Of a stretch of 30,851 nt of DNA, positions 1 to 8,555 are shown piece after piece. Source of the DNA: Hadesarchaea archaeon (GTDB lineage Archaea > Hadarchaeota > Hadarchaeia > Hadarchaeales > Hadarchaeaceae). A model generated the notes under the pieces. It saw only the letters and a list, made by a program, of their open reading frames with translations. It made no database searches and was not told where the DNA came from. The stretch lies in the NCBI GenBank assembly GCA_029259175.1, contig JAPDJH010000021.1, positions 1-30,851 on the forward strand, written 5' to 3'. Position 1 is the stretch's first letter. Every line of letters begins with the position of its first letter. A program made the position numbers and the translations under genes.

Positions 1-496
1 GTTCGCGACCGAACGCAGGGCGCGTAGACTCGTGGTGGTCGACGAGACCAAGGTGCGCGTGCGCGGGGGCTACGTGTGGGTTTTCGCGGCAATAGACCCT
101 GAAAATCGCGAGATCGTGGCGATTCACATCTCGCGGTACCGCGAGTGCGTAGACGTGCTGCGCTTCCTGAAGCGTTGTCTCGAGCGCTGCGAGGGAAAGC
201 CCGTGTTCGTGACCGATGGGGGCCCGTGGTACCGCTGGCCGGCCCGGCGCCTGGGCCTGAAGCACCTCGTGATCTCGGGCGGGGAGCGCAACCGCATTGA
301 GCGTTGGTTCGAGACGCTCAAGGATCGCCTGCGCGCCTTCGACTGCTACTTCCCAACGGCGGGCACCAAAAGCATCGAGCGCTTCTGCTGGGCCTTCGTC
401 TTCTTCTACAACCGCTACAGGTGGCATCAAACACTGAAGGGGCCTCCATCCGGGGGCGATGGTGGGTTAAAGAAGTGGCTGGAGGTGGTTATTTGA
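1..496 (+). mobile_element. IS6-family (DDE_Tnp_IS240-like) transposase, 5'-truncated by window edge
   Basis: Frame is open from base 2 (FATERRARRLVVVDETKV...). DDE motifs VDETKV, WVFAAID, VTDGGPWY and NRIERWF are typical of archaeal IS6 transposases. Confidence 0.88.
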
Positions 497-505
497 ACAG
501 CATCC
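490..505 (+). repeat. Putative right terminal inverted repeat of the IS6 element
   Basis: TATTTGAACAGCATCC overlaps the transposase stop and resembles IS6 ends (...TTGCAACAGTGCC in IS26). The left end is outside the window, so it is unconfirmed. Confidence 0.4.
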
Positions 506-558
506 CTCTGACCTCCCCAAAACCTCTTAAATAACCAGTTTGTAAGAAAAGTGGAGGT

Positions 559-921
559 ATGATGAGACCCAGACCCATCAGCGCAAGCGAGCTCCACAAC
601 TTGCCCGAGGCTTTTCTCGGTCTCGCTGCCTTGCTGGTACTCGTCGCTGGCGCCTCTTGGCACGACGCCTTCACGGCCGTTATGGGGCTGATAATGGGTG
701 CTGGTGCCTTGGTTTCGATGGGCTTCGCTGAAAGTCCTGTGATGAAAAGCCTGTTTTCCTTCTTGTCCGTGTCCGGGTGTTTCGGCACTCTACTACTGGT
801 GCGGTGGATCCAGTTGCTCTCTTGGGGCATCAGCAGTGAGTGGGAGACTTGGGTGATATTCGTCGCTGGGATCCTCTCACTGCTGGCCGCTTATCGAGCA
901 GTCCTCCTGCACAGGTACTAG
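559..921 (+). CDS. Hypothetical membrane protein (about 4 TM helices)
   Basis: ORF preceded by GGAGGT; four hydrophobic stretches. Confidence 0.7.
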   Translation: MMRPRPISASELHNLPEAFLGLAALLVLVAGASWHDAFTAVMGLIMGAGALVSMGFAESPVMKSLFSFLSVSGCFGTLLLVRWIQLLSWGISSEWETWVIFVAGILSLLAAYRAVLLHRY

Positions 922-930
922 GGGAGCCAG

Positions 931-1140
931 ATGGACTGTCCTGTGTGCGGCAAGCCGCTAGCACCCCCCTCCGTCCAGTGCTCGCTCTGCAAGGCAGAGG
1001 TTCACCGCGATTGCGCGAAGAAGCTCACGGGGCGCTACTACTGCAAGCGGTGCTATCGCCAAGGGAAAAAAATGGCCCGCTACGAGCGGATGGCGCAGCG
1101 CCGAGCTCTCGGCCAACACGCGCCCAAGAAGCTCTGGTAA
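931..1140 (+). CDS. Small zinc-finger protein (C4-H-C3 pattern) with basic tail
   Basis: C-x2-C-x10-C-x2-C-x4-H-x2-C-x9-C-x2-C; SD-like GGGAG upstream. Confidence 0.8.
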   Translation: MDCPVCGKPLAPPSVQCSLCKAEVHRDCAKKLTGRYYCKRCYRQGKKMARYERMAQRRALGQHAPKKLW

Positions 1141-1173
1141 GATTTTATTCTGTTTGTGCCCGAATCTAATTTG

Positions 1174-1258
1174 GCAGGGGTACCCAAGCCAGGCCAAAGG
1201 GGCAGGGTTTAGGACCCTGTGGCGTAGGCCTTCGTGGGTTCAAATCCCACCCCCTGCA
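1174..1258 (+). tRNA. tRNA-Leu (anticodon TAG), intronless, CCA not encoded
   Basis: Acceptor stem GCAGGGG/CCCCTGC plus A discriminator. Anticodon stem CAGGG/CCCTG with loop TTTAGGA (TAG at 1210-1212). Long variable arm GGC-GTAG-GCC. T arm GTGGG-TTCAAAT-CCCAC. Confidence 0.97.
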
Positions 1259-1321
1259 CTATAACAAATCTCTTCCGCAGTAGCTCAAGCCTGTCCTCGA
1301 TTAGCGCCTTGAGCACGATTA

Positions 1322-2578
1322 TCAAAAGTAAAAAACAGGAACTCGGTATATTTTGGCCCCAGCGATCCGTTGCTCCCCAAAAGTGTCGAGCGTCACTATT
1401 ATTCCGCGATCCGGCCGGTAAGCTTTCAGAAAACTATGAAAACCTTTTCCCGGCGGCCCCCCTCTCAACTTCACTTCAATCGGAACGACCTCATTCTCCT
1501 TTGCAAGCACGAAATCTATCTCGGCTCCGCCCGTTGTCCTCCAGTAACGAAGCCTGCCGTCCGTGCTTTGAACGAGCTCCCTAAAGACGAAGTTCTCCGC
1601 CAGTGCCCCGCGGTCTGTTCGCGTGTCAAATCCCGAAAAATTTTCCAAGGCGGCATTTCGTAATCCCAGATCCCAAAAGTAGAACTTGGGCGCTTTTCTG
1701 AGCTCCGTTACAAGATTGCGAGCAAAAGGCCTCAGCCAGGAAATGATATACGTGTGCCTGAGTATTTCAAGAAATTCTTCGGCCCGCCGGTAACTCAGCT
1801 TCAGATCGGAAGCCAATGAAGAAAGTGAAATGATAGAGGAGGTGTTGAAAGCCAACGCCTTCACAAAGTCCTGAAACTTAGAAGTTTCCCCAACCCTGAA
1901 GAAGGTGGCTATGTCTTTTTCCAAGTATAAGTTGAACACGTTCTTCAATACCGTTCTTTTTTCCTCTTCCTTTGGGGATTTGATGACTTCGGGATAACCC
2001 CCGTATATCACATATTCTTTCCAAAGCTCGAGGAAGTCCCTGATGAAGGATGGTTCTTCAATGCTTCCCCCCTCCCTTATGAACCTCATGAGGTTTTCAT
2101 GTTTTTCTCTGAACACCCGCCACAGTCCCGGGTCTCTCGCCATTAAGAACTCCTCGAAATCGAATGTCAGCAACTCGAACAAGAAAACCCGCCCCACGAG
2201 CGGCGGAAGCACGTTCACTTTCAGCTCCAGAGAAGAAGAACCCGAAATGAGGAGTTTTACATCAGGAAATTCGTCATAGATGAGCTTCAAACTTTCACCG
2301 GCGTTTTCAACCCGCTGAACTTCGTCCAAAAACACAACTAGTTTCCTTTTCGCTTCCTTCAGCCTGCGAATGAGATCCAGCGGGTTCTGCTGAAGTGTTC
2401 GCCGGTATTCTGGGAGATCCAAGTTGATGAAAGCTTTTTTTCCACGGACTCGCTTTTCTATAACCCTCATCAGAGTGGTCTTTCCAGCTTGTCTTGGTCC
2501 TCTTATCGCTAGAATTTCCCTTCGCTTCATGAATTTCCAAAGTTTGCTTTCCAATTTTCGCTTGTAAAGCCTTGTCAT
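1322..2578 (-). CDS. AAA_14 / DUF4143 family ATPase with C-terminal PD-(D/E)xK-like domain
   Basis: Walker A GPRQAGKT, Walker B VFLDEVQ, ISGSSS, YGGYPE, KFYFWDLGL, ENFV, EIDFV...PIEVK. Confidence 0.92.
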   Translation of the reverse strand: MTRLYKRKLESKLWKFMKRREILAIRGPRQAGKTTLMRVIEKRVRGKKAFINLDLPEYRRTLQQNPLDLIRRLKEAKRKLVVFLDEVQRVENAGESLKLIYDEFPDVKLLISGSSSLELKVNVLPPLVGRVFLFELLTFDFEEFLMARDPGLWRVFREKHENLMRFIREGGSIEEPSFIRDFLELWKEYVIYGGYPEVIKSPKEEEKRTVLKNVFNLYLEKDIATFFRVGETSKFQDFVKALAFNTSSIISLSSLASDLKLSYRRAEEFLEILRHTYIISWLRPFARNLVTELRKAPKFYFWDLGLRNAALENFSGFDTRTDRGALAENFVFRELVQSTDGRLRYWRTTGGAEIDFVLAKENEVVPIEVKLRGGPPGKGFHSFLKAYRPDRGIIVTLDTFGEQRIAGAKIYRVPVFYF

Positions 2579-2584
2579 ACCAAG

Positions 2585-2632
2585 TCTATTATTTTTTCAA
2601 ATATTAAAAATTAACTCTATTAATTTTTCAAA
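2585..2632. promoter_or_regulatory. AT-rich promoter/operator of the ATPase gene with direct and inverted repeats
   Basis: TCTATTATTTTTTCAAA (2585-2601) and TCTATTAATTTTTCAAA (2616-2632). Inverted repeat AAAAATTAA-CTCTA-TTAATTTTT (2606-2628). Confidence 0.6.
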
Positions 2633-2680
2633 AAAGAAACCGACGAGAACCCTACCAGAGGCCAGAAAAGCCGTGATACT

Positions 2681-3412
2681 TCACTTCGCCTTCTGCAGGT
2701 ATTGATCGGCCAGCCGGTACACCATGCGCCGCTTTCGGTCCTGCTCCAGTATGTGCGAGATCACGAGCGAAACTGACGTAAAGAACAGCAGGACTCCTCC
2801 GAGCGCCGCCAAGATGTTTCCGATTTTTGCTGGCACCGTGCTCACGTTGGAGGCCTGAAGCGTGAGCGCGGCAAGCAGCGCCTGATATACGGATCCGATC
2901 AGCATGGCCCCAAGCGCCACGAAAGCGGCTCCAACTCCCACCACTACGAGGATGATCGGGTGGTTTCTCAGCACGTCGGCGACCGAAGCCACAAACCCAC
3001 CGCGCTTGCACATCACCGCCCGCTCCACATACGCGCCCTTTACCACCCCGCAGTTCCTGAGCTTCTGGAAGAGACGCTCCTTGCGCTCGGCCGGCTTTCC
3101 GTCTCGTTCCACCACTAGCTCCGGCACCACTCGCTCGAGATCCCGGCCCGTTTGCTCGCTCACCAGCATTGAGGCGCAGCTCCTCGAATCGCGCTCCGAG
3201 AGATCCGTCGCCCGCTGAGTGTGCTTCACTAGGTTCTCGAAGAACTTCTTGAAGCGATCCTCTTGTAACACCTTTTCCACAATCGAGTGAAAGTCCTCTC
3301 CCGCGCTTCCGCGGTCTCTGATGTGTTCCGCCACCGCCTTGGCTAAATCTTTCCGAACCTGCTCGTACCTTGCTGCCTTCAGAATGTTTCGTCCTTTCTG
3401 GTCAAGCGGCAT
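2681..3412 (-). CDS. Hypothetical protein, soluble helical N-terminus plus 2 C-terminal TM helices
   Basis: Long ORF; ATG at 3412 (TTG at 3418 is an alternative) with GAGGA upstream; two hydrophobic segments. Confidence 0.7.
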   Translation of the reverse strand: MPLDQKGRNILKAARYEQVRKDLAKAVAEHIRDRGSAGEDFHSIVEKVLQEDRFKKFFENLVKHTQRATDLSERDSRSCASMLVSEQTGRDLERVVPELVVERDGKPAERKERLFQKLRNCGVVKGAYVERAVMCKRGGFVASVADVLRNHPIILVVVGVGAAFVALGAMLIGSVYQALLAALTLQASNVSTVPAKIGNILAALGGVLLFFTSVSLVISHILEQDRKRRMVYRLADQYLQKAK

Positions 3413-3496
3413 CAACAATTCTTTCCTCTCGACCGCTTAACTAACTTGTGGAGGAATGAGGTTAAAAGGCACGCCTCCAAGTGAGATGGGTTCGGC

Positions 3497-4549
3497 ATGC
3501 CCGTTCTCACGCGCGACCAAGAAATCCGAGTGATCACCGAGCTGTTGACGAGCGCAGGCGCCGACCCTAAACAGGCGTCCGTGACCGCCACCGTGCTCAC
3601 CGAGGGCGATCTCCGCGGTTTTGCCTCTCACGGAATCCTCCGCCTCCCCTACATCTTGAGGGCTCTCCGGCGCGGCACCATAAACGGCAATGCAAACATC
3701 CGAGTCATCCGAGAAACTCCCTCCACCGCTTTGGTGGACGGCGACCACGGGCTCGGCCACTACGTGGCGTCCGAAGCCATGCGGATAGCGATCGGCAAAG
3801 CGAAAAAAACCGGAGCCGGAGCCGTGGGGGTCCGCAACACCAATCACTTCGGGATAGCGGGCTACTATGCGGAAATGGCCGTCTCCGAAGGACTGATCGG
3901 CGTGGTCACCACCACAACCGACGCGCTCGTCCACCCGTGGGGAGGGGTCGAGCCAATCCTAGGCACCAACGCTCTCGCCGTGGGGATCCCCGCCGAGCCG
4001 GTCCCAGTCCTGCTAGACATGGCGATGAGCATGGGTGCGCGCGGCAAAATCGTCCAAGCCCTCAAGGAAGGGAAACCCATCCCAGAGGGATGGGCAGTCG
4101 ACAAGGAGGGCCGCGTCACCACGGATCCGAAGAGCGCGTTAGAGGGCGCCCTCAGTCCGTTCGGGGGCGTGAAGGGGTACGCTCTCGCGTTGGTCCTCGA
4201 AATCCTAGCCGGACCTCTAGTCGAAGCCGCCGCGGGAAAGGCGGTCGTCGGAACACTAGAGCCCGTGGAAGGCTACAGCACCAAGGGGGACTTCATGATC
4301 GCCATCGATCCAAGCGCCTTCACCGACAGTTCCTCCTTTAAAAGCAGAGTGACCAGCTTCATCCGGGAAATAAAAGAATCCCGAAAGGCACCAGGGGTGA
4401 AGGAGATCCTCGTCCCGGGAGAGCCCGAACACAGAACCCGTGCGCAACGGCTTCAGCAAGGCATACCCATATCGGAAGAGGTGTGGAAGGAAGTGGAAAA
4501 AATCGGACGCGAACTCGGAGTAAACCTCGAAGAGCTGCTCAAAACCTAA
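3497..4549 (+). CDS. Ldh_2 family malate/L-lactate/sulfolactate dehydrogenase (ComC-like)
   Basis: DLRGFASHG, DGDHGLG, NHFG, GTNALAVGIP, LDMAMS, PFGGVKGYAL, VPGEPE motifs. Confidence 0.92.
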   Translation: MPVLTRDQEIRVITELLTSAGADPKQASVTATVLTEGDLRGFASHGILRLPYILRALRRGTINGNANIRVIRETPSTALVDGDHGLGHYVASEAMRIAIGKAKKTGAGAVGVRNTNHFGIAGYYAEMAVSEGLIGVVTTTTDALVHPWGGVEPILGTNALAVGIPAEPVPVLLDMAMSMGARGKIVQALKEGKPIPEGWAVDKEGRVTTDPKSALEGALSPFGGVKGYALALVLEILAGPLVEAAAGKAVVGTLEPVEGYSTKGDFMIAIDPSAFTDSSSFKSRVTSFIREIKESRKAPGVKEILVPGEPEHRTRAQRLQQGIPISEEVWKEVEKIGRELGVNLEELLKT

Positions 4550-5117
4550 CGCCCTTCCTTTTCAGATAAGCCACCAACCTGGGAGAGATGAGAGGCCTCC
4601 CCTGCCTCAGTGGATAAGTAAAGGGGAGCACCACCGAACACCCTGGAGCCACGCGGATTTCGATCTCGCAAACCAGCGGGATCTCCTCAAGTTGCTTCCC
4701 CTCCGCGATCTGCTTCGCAACGTAGACCGTCCCGTCGATGGAGAGCTGCTCCTTCCCCAGATTTCTTCGCTTGACACGCCGAAGACGGGAGCTCAGAAGC
4801 TTCTCGGTTCTCCCCTGCGGAGGGTCGTCTCCCAGAATCCCGCCCACGACCATCACCGTGTCCTCGCCCACATCGGTCGGGCACAAACTCTTGCGCGCTC
4901 GGGGATCCAGCACGAGGAGTCTGGATCTCGGAAACAATTCGGCAACACCCCGGCTCTCCACGCGCACAAATCGCTGAAGTTTTCTGCGCTCCGCCGGCTT
5001 CTTGACATTGGTTATCACCACCCGGCCCCTGCCTGCTATCCGAACCGCGTGGGAGTACTCGATCAACAACCACTCGCTAAGTTTGGGCTCGAGGTGCTCG
5101 ATTGCGAAGCGGATCAC
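4539..5117 (-). CDS. SFM1-like (DUF431) SPOUT-class SAM-dependent methyltransferase
   Basis: IEHLEPKLSEWLLIEY, VLDP, VVGGILGDDPP..RT, RNLGKEQLSIDG, LPFTYP. Start placed at GTG 5117 behind GAGGTG. Confidence 0.85.
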   Translation of the reverse strand: MIRFAIEHLEPKLSEWLLIEYSHAVRIAGRGRVVITNVKKPAERRKLQRFVRVESRGVAELFPRSRLLVLDPRARKSLCPTDVGEDTVMVVGGILGDDPPQGRTEKLLSSRLRRVKRRNLGKEQLSIDGTVYVAKQIAEGKQLEEIPLVCEIEIRVAPGCSVVLPFTYPLRQGRPLISPRLVAYLKRKGVRF

Positions 5118-5190
5118 CTTTGCCACCTCGTCGGGGTTGCGATACGTCTGCTCTGTGTTCGCAGACATATTAAGAATCACTGGTGAATAT

Positions 5191-5598
5191 CTAAACTAGT
5201 GTTTTCAGCGTCTTTACTTCCACATGCCTAGAGGCAACCTTGGCCAACTTCCTATCGTCGGTGACCAGAGCCAACCTCTTCTTTTTGGATGCAGTTATAT
5301 AGGAGGCGTCATAAAACGTGATCCTTTCGCGCACAGCCAAGGTCAGCGTTTCGAGCACATCTATCTCGGAAACCGGTATTTCTTTCATCACCGCTGTTAG
5401 ATCCATTACTACCTTCATGAGAAGCCGGACGTCGTCAGCGCTCAGTTTGTCGAGCAGAACACGAGCTCTCCACAACGCGTTGCCAATCTCGTAAAGACTC
5501 AAGTCTAGGAAATAGTTGTCCTCAACTAGCTCGAGAGCTTTCTCGCCCTTTTCTAAAACAATGTTCAAAAATGAACTTGCGTCGAAAAGATATGGCAT
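5191..5598 (-). CDS. vapC: VapC PIN-domain toxin
   Basis: YLFDASS, YEIGNALW, ITFYDASY, LVTDD acidic PIN motifs. Confidence 0.92.
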   Translation of the reverse strand: MPYLFDASSFLNIVLEKGEKALELVEDNYFLDLSLYEIGNALWRARVLLDKLSADDVRLLMKVVMDLTAVMKEIPVSEIDVLETLTLAVRERITFYDASYITASKKKRLALVTDDRKLAKVASRHVEVKTLKTLV

Positions 5599-5828
5599 TA
5601 TCTCTCCTCTCTGCTCGTCCGAATAATCCTAGTTATCTCGGCTGCGCTCATCTTCCCTCTAATTTTCGTGGACACTTTTCCCAAGTTGTCCAATAACAGC
5701 TTCCTTTCGTGTGCACGAACCTCCTTTTCAAGCGCCCTTCGCACAATCTCGCTGACTCTAAGCCGGTGCTTCTTGAGCCTTTCGTGCAGTTCCTTGGGGA
5801 TTTTCGCCGAAATCGTTACCATCCCCAT
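5598..5828 (-). CDS. vapB: Ribbon-helix-helix antitoxin (VapB-like)
   Basis: TISAKIPKELHERLKK...VSEIVRRAL RHH pattern; TAATG overlap with the PIN gene. Confidence 0.85.
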   Translation of the reverse strand: MGMVTISAKIPKELHERLKKHRLRVSEIVRRALEKEVRAHERKLLLDNLGKVSTKIRGKMSAAEITRIIRTSREER

Positions 5829-5838
5829 GCTCTCGAAT

Positions 5839-5882
5839 AATACTTTGTTGGTAATACTATATAAGTATTACATCAAAGTATT
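5839..5882. promoter_or_regulatory. Palindromic operator centred on the vapBC TATA box
   Basis: AATACTTTG-ttg-GTAATACT-atata-AGTATTAC-at-CAAAGTATT. Confidence 0.7.
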
Positions 5883-5890
5883 TACGAAAA

Positions 5891-7225
5891 TCAAAGCTTC
5901 CGCAGCACTGCCTCCGCGGCCATCACCAGCGGCTCGATGCACTCGTTGACCGGCGGCGCATAACAGTACTCCATCCGCGCCAGCTCGTCGACTGTTGCCT
6001 GGTGCTTTATCGCAAACGCCAGCAAGTTCACCCGCTCTGCCGACCCATCCCCTATGACCTGTCCGCCCACTACCCGTCGGCTTCCCCGATCCACCACGAG
6101 CTTGATTGTGATCGGTTCCGCCCCCGGATAGAAGTAGGGCTTGCTAAGCGTGCGCACACGGGCTGCGACCACGTCCATCCCTGCCTCCTTCGCCGCCTGC
6201 ACCGTCAGTCCAGTCGCTGCGATCTCCATCCCATACGCCGAGGAAACAACGGTGTTGAGCACCCCGGGAAACACCTCATCTCCACCGGCAGCGTTTATCC
6301 CAGCGACCTTCCCCATGCGGATCGCAGTGGTGGCGAGCTGACTCTTGATGGGTCTGCCAGTGAAAAAGCACTTGGACTCAGCACAGTCACCAGCCGCGTA
6401 GATGTCAAGGTCGCTGGTCCTGAGATGATCGTCCACCTTTATGAGCTTGGTGGGGCCGAATTCCAAGCCGGCGCGCTGGGCCAGCTCGACGTCCGGCTTC
6501 ACCCCGACCGCCACGATCACCAAATCCGCCTCGAACTCGGCATCCTCGACGGCAACGGATCTGACTTTTTCATCACCCAAAATCTCCTTCACGGGCTTCG
6601 AGCAGAAAGTCTTGATGCCCACTTGGTTCAGTCTGTCGATGACCGTTTCGGACATGTCCGGGTCGAGCATCCCAGGAAGAACGCTCGGCTTCATCTCGAG
6701 CAGAACAACTTCCAGGCCCCGCTCCCTGAGAGCACAGGCCGCCTCAATCCCCACAGGGCCAGCGCCCACAACCACGGCCTTCGTCGCACGGGGCAAAGCA
6801 GCCAAGATCTCCTCCCCATCTCTCATGGTCCGGAGGGTGAACACGTTGCCGAGGTCTACACCCGGAATCGGCGGTTTCAGGGGCAGGCTTCCAGTTGCGA
6901 GGACGAGCTTGTCATAGAAAACTTGGCGCTCACGCCCGGTCCTCCTGTCTCGAATCCTGACCGTGCGCGCACCCCGATCGATCTCCGTCGCTTCGACCCC
7001 GATCATCACATCCACTCCGGGTAGTCTCGGGGCGGCCTCCACGAGGTGCCGGATGTGGGGCACGTCGCCGCCGATCGCGAATGGCAAACCGCACGGATGG
7101 TAGGTCGCGTACATCCGGCGCTCTATCACGGTTATTTCGGCTTGCCTGTTGGTCAAGCGAGCCGAGGCAGCGGCAGTCAGCCCTGCCGACTGAAAACCGA
7201 TTATCACTATGCGTGTCCGCTCTAT
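5891..7225 (-). CDS. NADH oxidase / CoA-disulfide reductase family flavoprotein (start ATA 7225 proposed; first canonical start is GTG 7207)
   Basis: Redox Cys motif YHPCGLPF, LVLATGS, VVGAGPVGIE, IYAAGDCAE, C-terminal dimerisation domain YAPP. Confidence 0.92.
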   Translation of the reverse strand: MERTRIVIIGFQSAGLTAAASARLTNRQAEITVIERRMYATYHPCGLPFAIGGDVPHIRHLVEAAPRLPGVDVMIGVEATEIDRGARTVRIRDRRTGRERQVFYDKLVLATGSLPLKPPIPGVDLGNVFTLRTMRDGEEILAALPRATKAVVVGAGPVGIEAACALRERGLEVVLLEMKPSVLPGMLDPDMSETVIDRLNQVGIKTFCSKPVKEILGDEKVRSVAVEDAEFEADLVIVAVGVKPDVELAQRAGLEFGPTKLIKVDDHLRTSDLDIYAAGDCAESKCFFTGRPIKSQLATTAIRMGKVAGINAAGGDEVFPGVLNTVVSSAYGMEIAATGLTVQAAKEAGMDVVAARVRTLSKPYFYPGAEPITIKLVVDRGSRRVVGGQVIGDGSAERVNLLAFAIKHQATVDELARMEYCYAPPVNECIEPLVMAAEAVLRKL

Positions 7226-8502
7226 GATCTCACCCTTTGTGCTGCTCGTTTTAGGGCCTCCACGGCGGGCAGGGGCTCACCGCACAAGAATGTGATCGCC
7301 GCCCCTCCGCCGGTGCTCACGTGGCTCAGCCGGTCGGCCACTCCAGCGGCCACCGCTGCTGCCACAATGTGTCCACCACCTATCACCGTGTAGGCCTGCG
7401 ATTCTGCCATCACTCTCAGCAAACCATATGTTCCTTGCTCATAGCCCGTCTGCTCGAACACACCCACCGGACCGTTCGCCACCACGGTCTTCGCCCCGCG
7501 GATGAGCTCAGAGTACTTTGCCACGGTCTTTGGCCCGATATCGTAGATCGGATGCTGGAAGTTGAAAGCCTTCAGCTGTGGCCCGAGCGCCTTGAGTTCT
7601 GCAACGGTAAAGCTCGACGCTGCAGGGTTCAGCTCGGCCACTTGAGGGCCGCTGGGTGTGGCCAAAACCACATCAGCTGGCACGAGAATGCGCTCGCCAA
7701 ACTGTTGCGCGAGTTGCCGGGCGCGTTCCGCTTGCTCCTCATAGCCCTTCGAGCGCAGAACTTCCAAGTTTGTCTGGCCGAGTTCAGCCCCGATTGCCGC
7801 CAAGAACGCATTCCCGACCAAGCCACCCGTGAGCACGGCGTCCGCAATCCCCTTGTCCAACACGTGCTCGATTATTTTGAGAGAATCGTCGAACTTGGCC
7901 CCACCCAACACGTACAAGCACGGGTGTTCAGGACTCAACGCTCGACCCAGGCCGCGCAGTTCCTTCTCCATCAATCGGCCAGCATACGCCGGAAGAACTT
8001 CGGCGAGACCGACCAATGAGGGGCTCGAGCGATGTGCAGCCCCGAACGCGTCGTTCACATAGATCTGTGCCACCGACTTGAGAAGGCGAACCATATGAGT
8101 TCGCACCTGTTGCTCCGGTTTGAGCTTGGCCACTTCCTCCGCCAAGAACCTCACATTCTCCACCAGCGCGATTTCTCCGGGTTTTAACAAACGGATCTTG
8201 TGAATCGTGAACGGGCAAACGGGGTCAGGAATGTACTCGACGTGAAGGCCCAGCACCTCTCCCAAGCGCTTCGCGTGTTTCTCCAGAGTGGTGAAATCCG
8301 CTCCTCCAGGACGTCCTTGGTGCGCCAGAACCACCACCCGGGCCCCCTTCAGCGCCAGCTCCTTCAAGGTGGGTGCACACAGCCGGATTCGCGTATCGTC
8401 CAGGATCTCCCCGGTTTTTGGGTCAATGGGGGAGTTTATATCGACCCGGACGACCACCACTTTTCCCTTTACATCGGCTTGGTCGAGAGTGAGGAACTCC
8501 AT
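7222..8502 (-). CDS. pgk: Phosphoglycerate kinase
   Basis: RVDINSP, AHQGRPG, ENVRF, NDAFGAAHRS, LGGAK, DIGPKT, NGPVGVFE, HVSTGGGA. True start is ATG 8502 (MEFLTLD); the ORF-track extension to 8787 runs into the divergent gene. Confidence 0.97.
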   Translation of the reverse strand: MEFLTLDQADVKGKVVVVRVDINSPIDPKTGEILDDTRIRLCAPTLKELALKGARVVVLAHQGRPGGADFTTLEKHAKRLGEVLGLHVEYIPDPVCPFTIHKIRLLKPGEIALVENVRFLAEEVAKLKPEQQVRTHMVRLLKSVAQIYVNDAFGAAHRSSPSLVGLAEVLPAYAGRLMEKELRGLGRALSPEHPCLYVLGGAKFDDSLKIIEHVLDKGIADAVLTGGLVGNAFLAAIGAELGQTNLEVLRSKGYEEQAERARQLAQQFGERILVPADVVLATPSGPQVAELNPAASSFTVAELKALGPQLKAFNFQHPIYDIGPKTVAKYSELIRGAKTVVANGPVGVFEQTGYEQGTYGLLRVMAESQAYTVIGGGHIVAAAVAAGVADRLSHVSTGGGAAITFLCGEPLPAVEALKRAAQRVRS

Positions 8503-8555
8503 GCGGACCCTTTCGACTATCCCCTCCAGAGATTTAAAACAATGACTGCTCTTTC

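Noticed and set aside
1259-1321. GCTCAAG...CTTGAGC inverted repeat and a short minus-strand frame (VLKALIEDRLELLRKR)
   Set aside because: Too short to distinguish a terminator or gene remnant from chance.
1174-2680. tRNA-Leu as attachment site of an integrated element
   Set aside because: I found no integrase and no duplicated tRNA end in the window; only a single accessory ATPase follows.
3497-4549. ComC as evidence of coenzyme M synthesis or methanogenesis
   Set aside because: The Ldh_2 family is broad and no other com or mcr genes are present.
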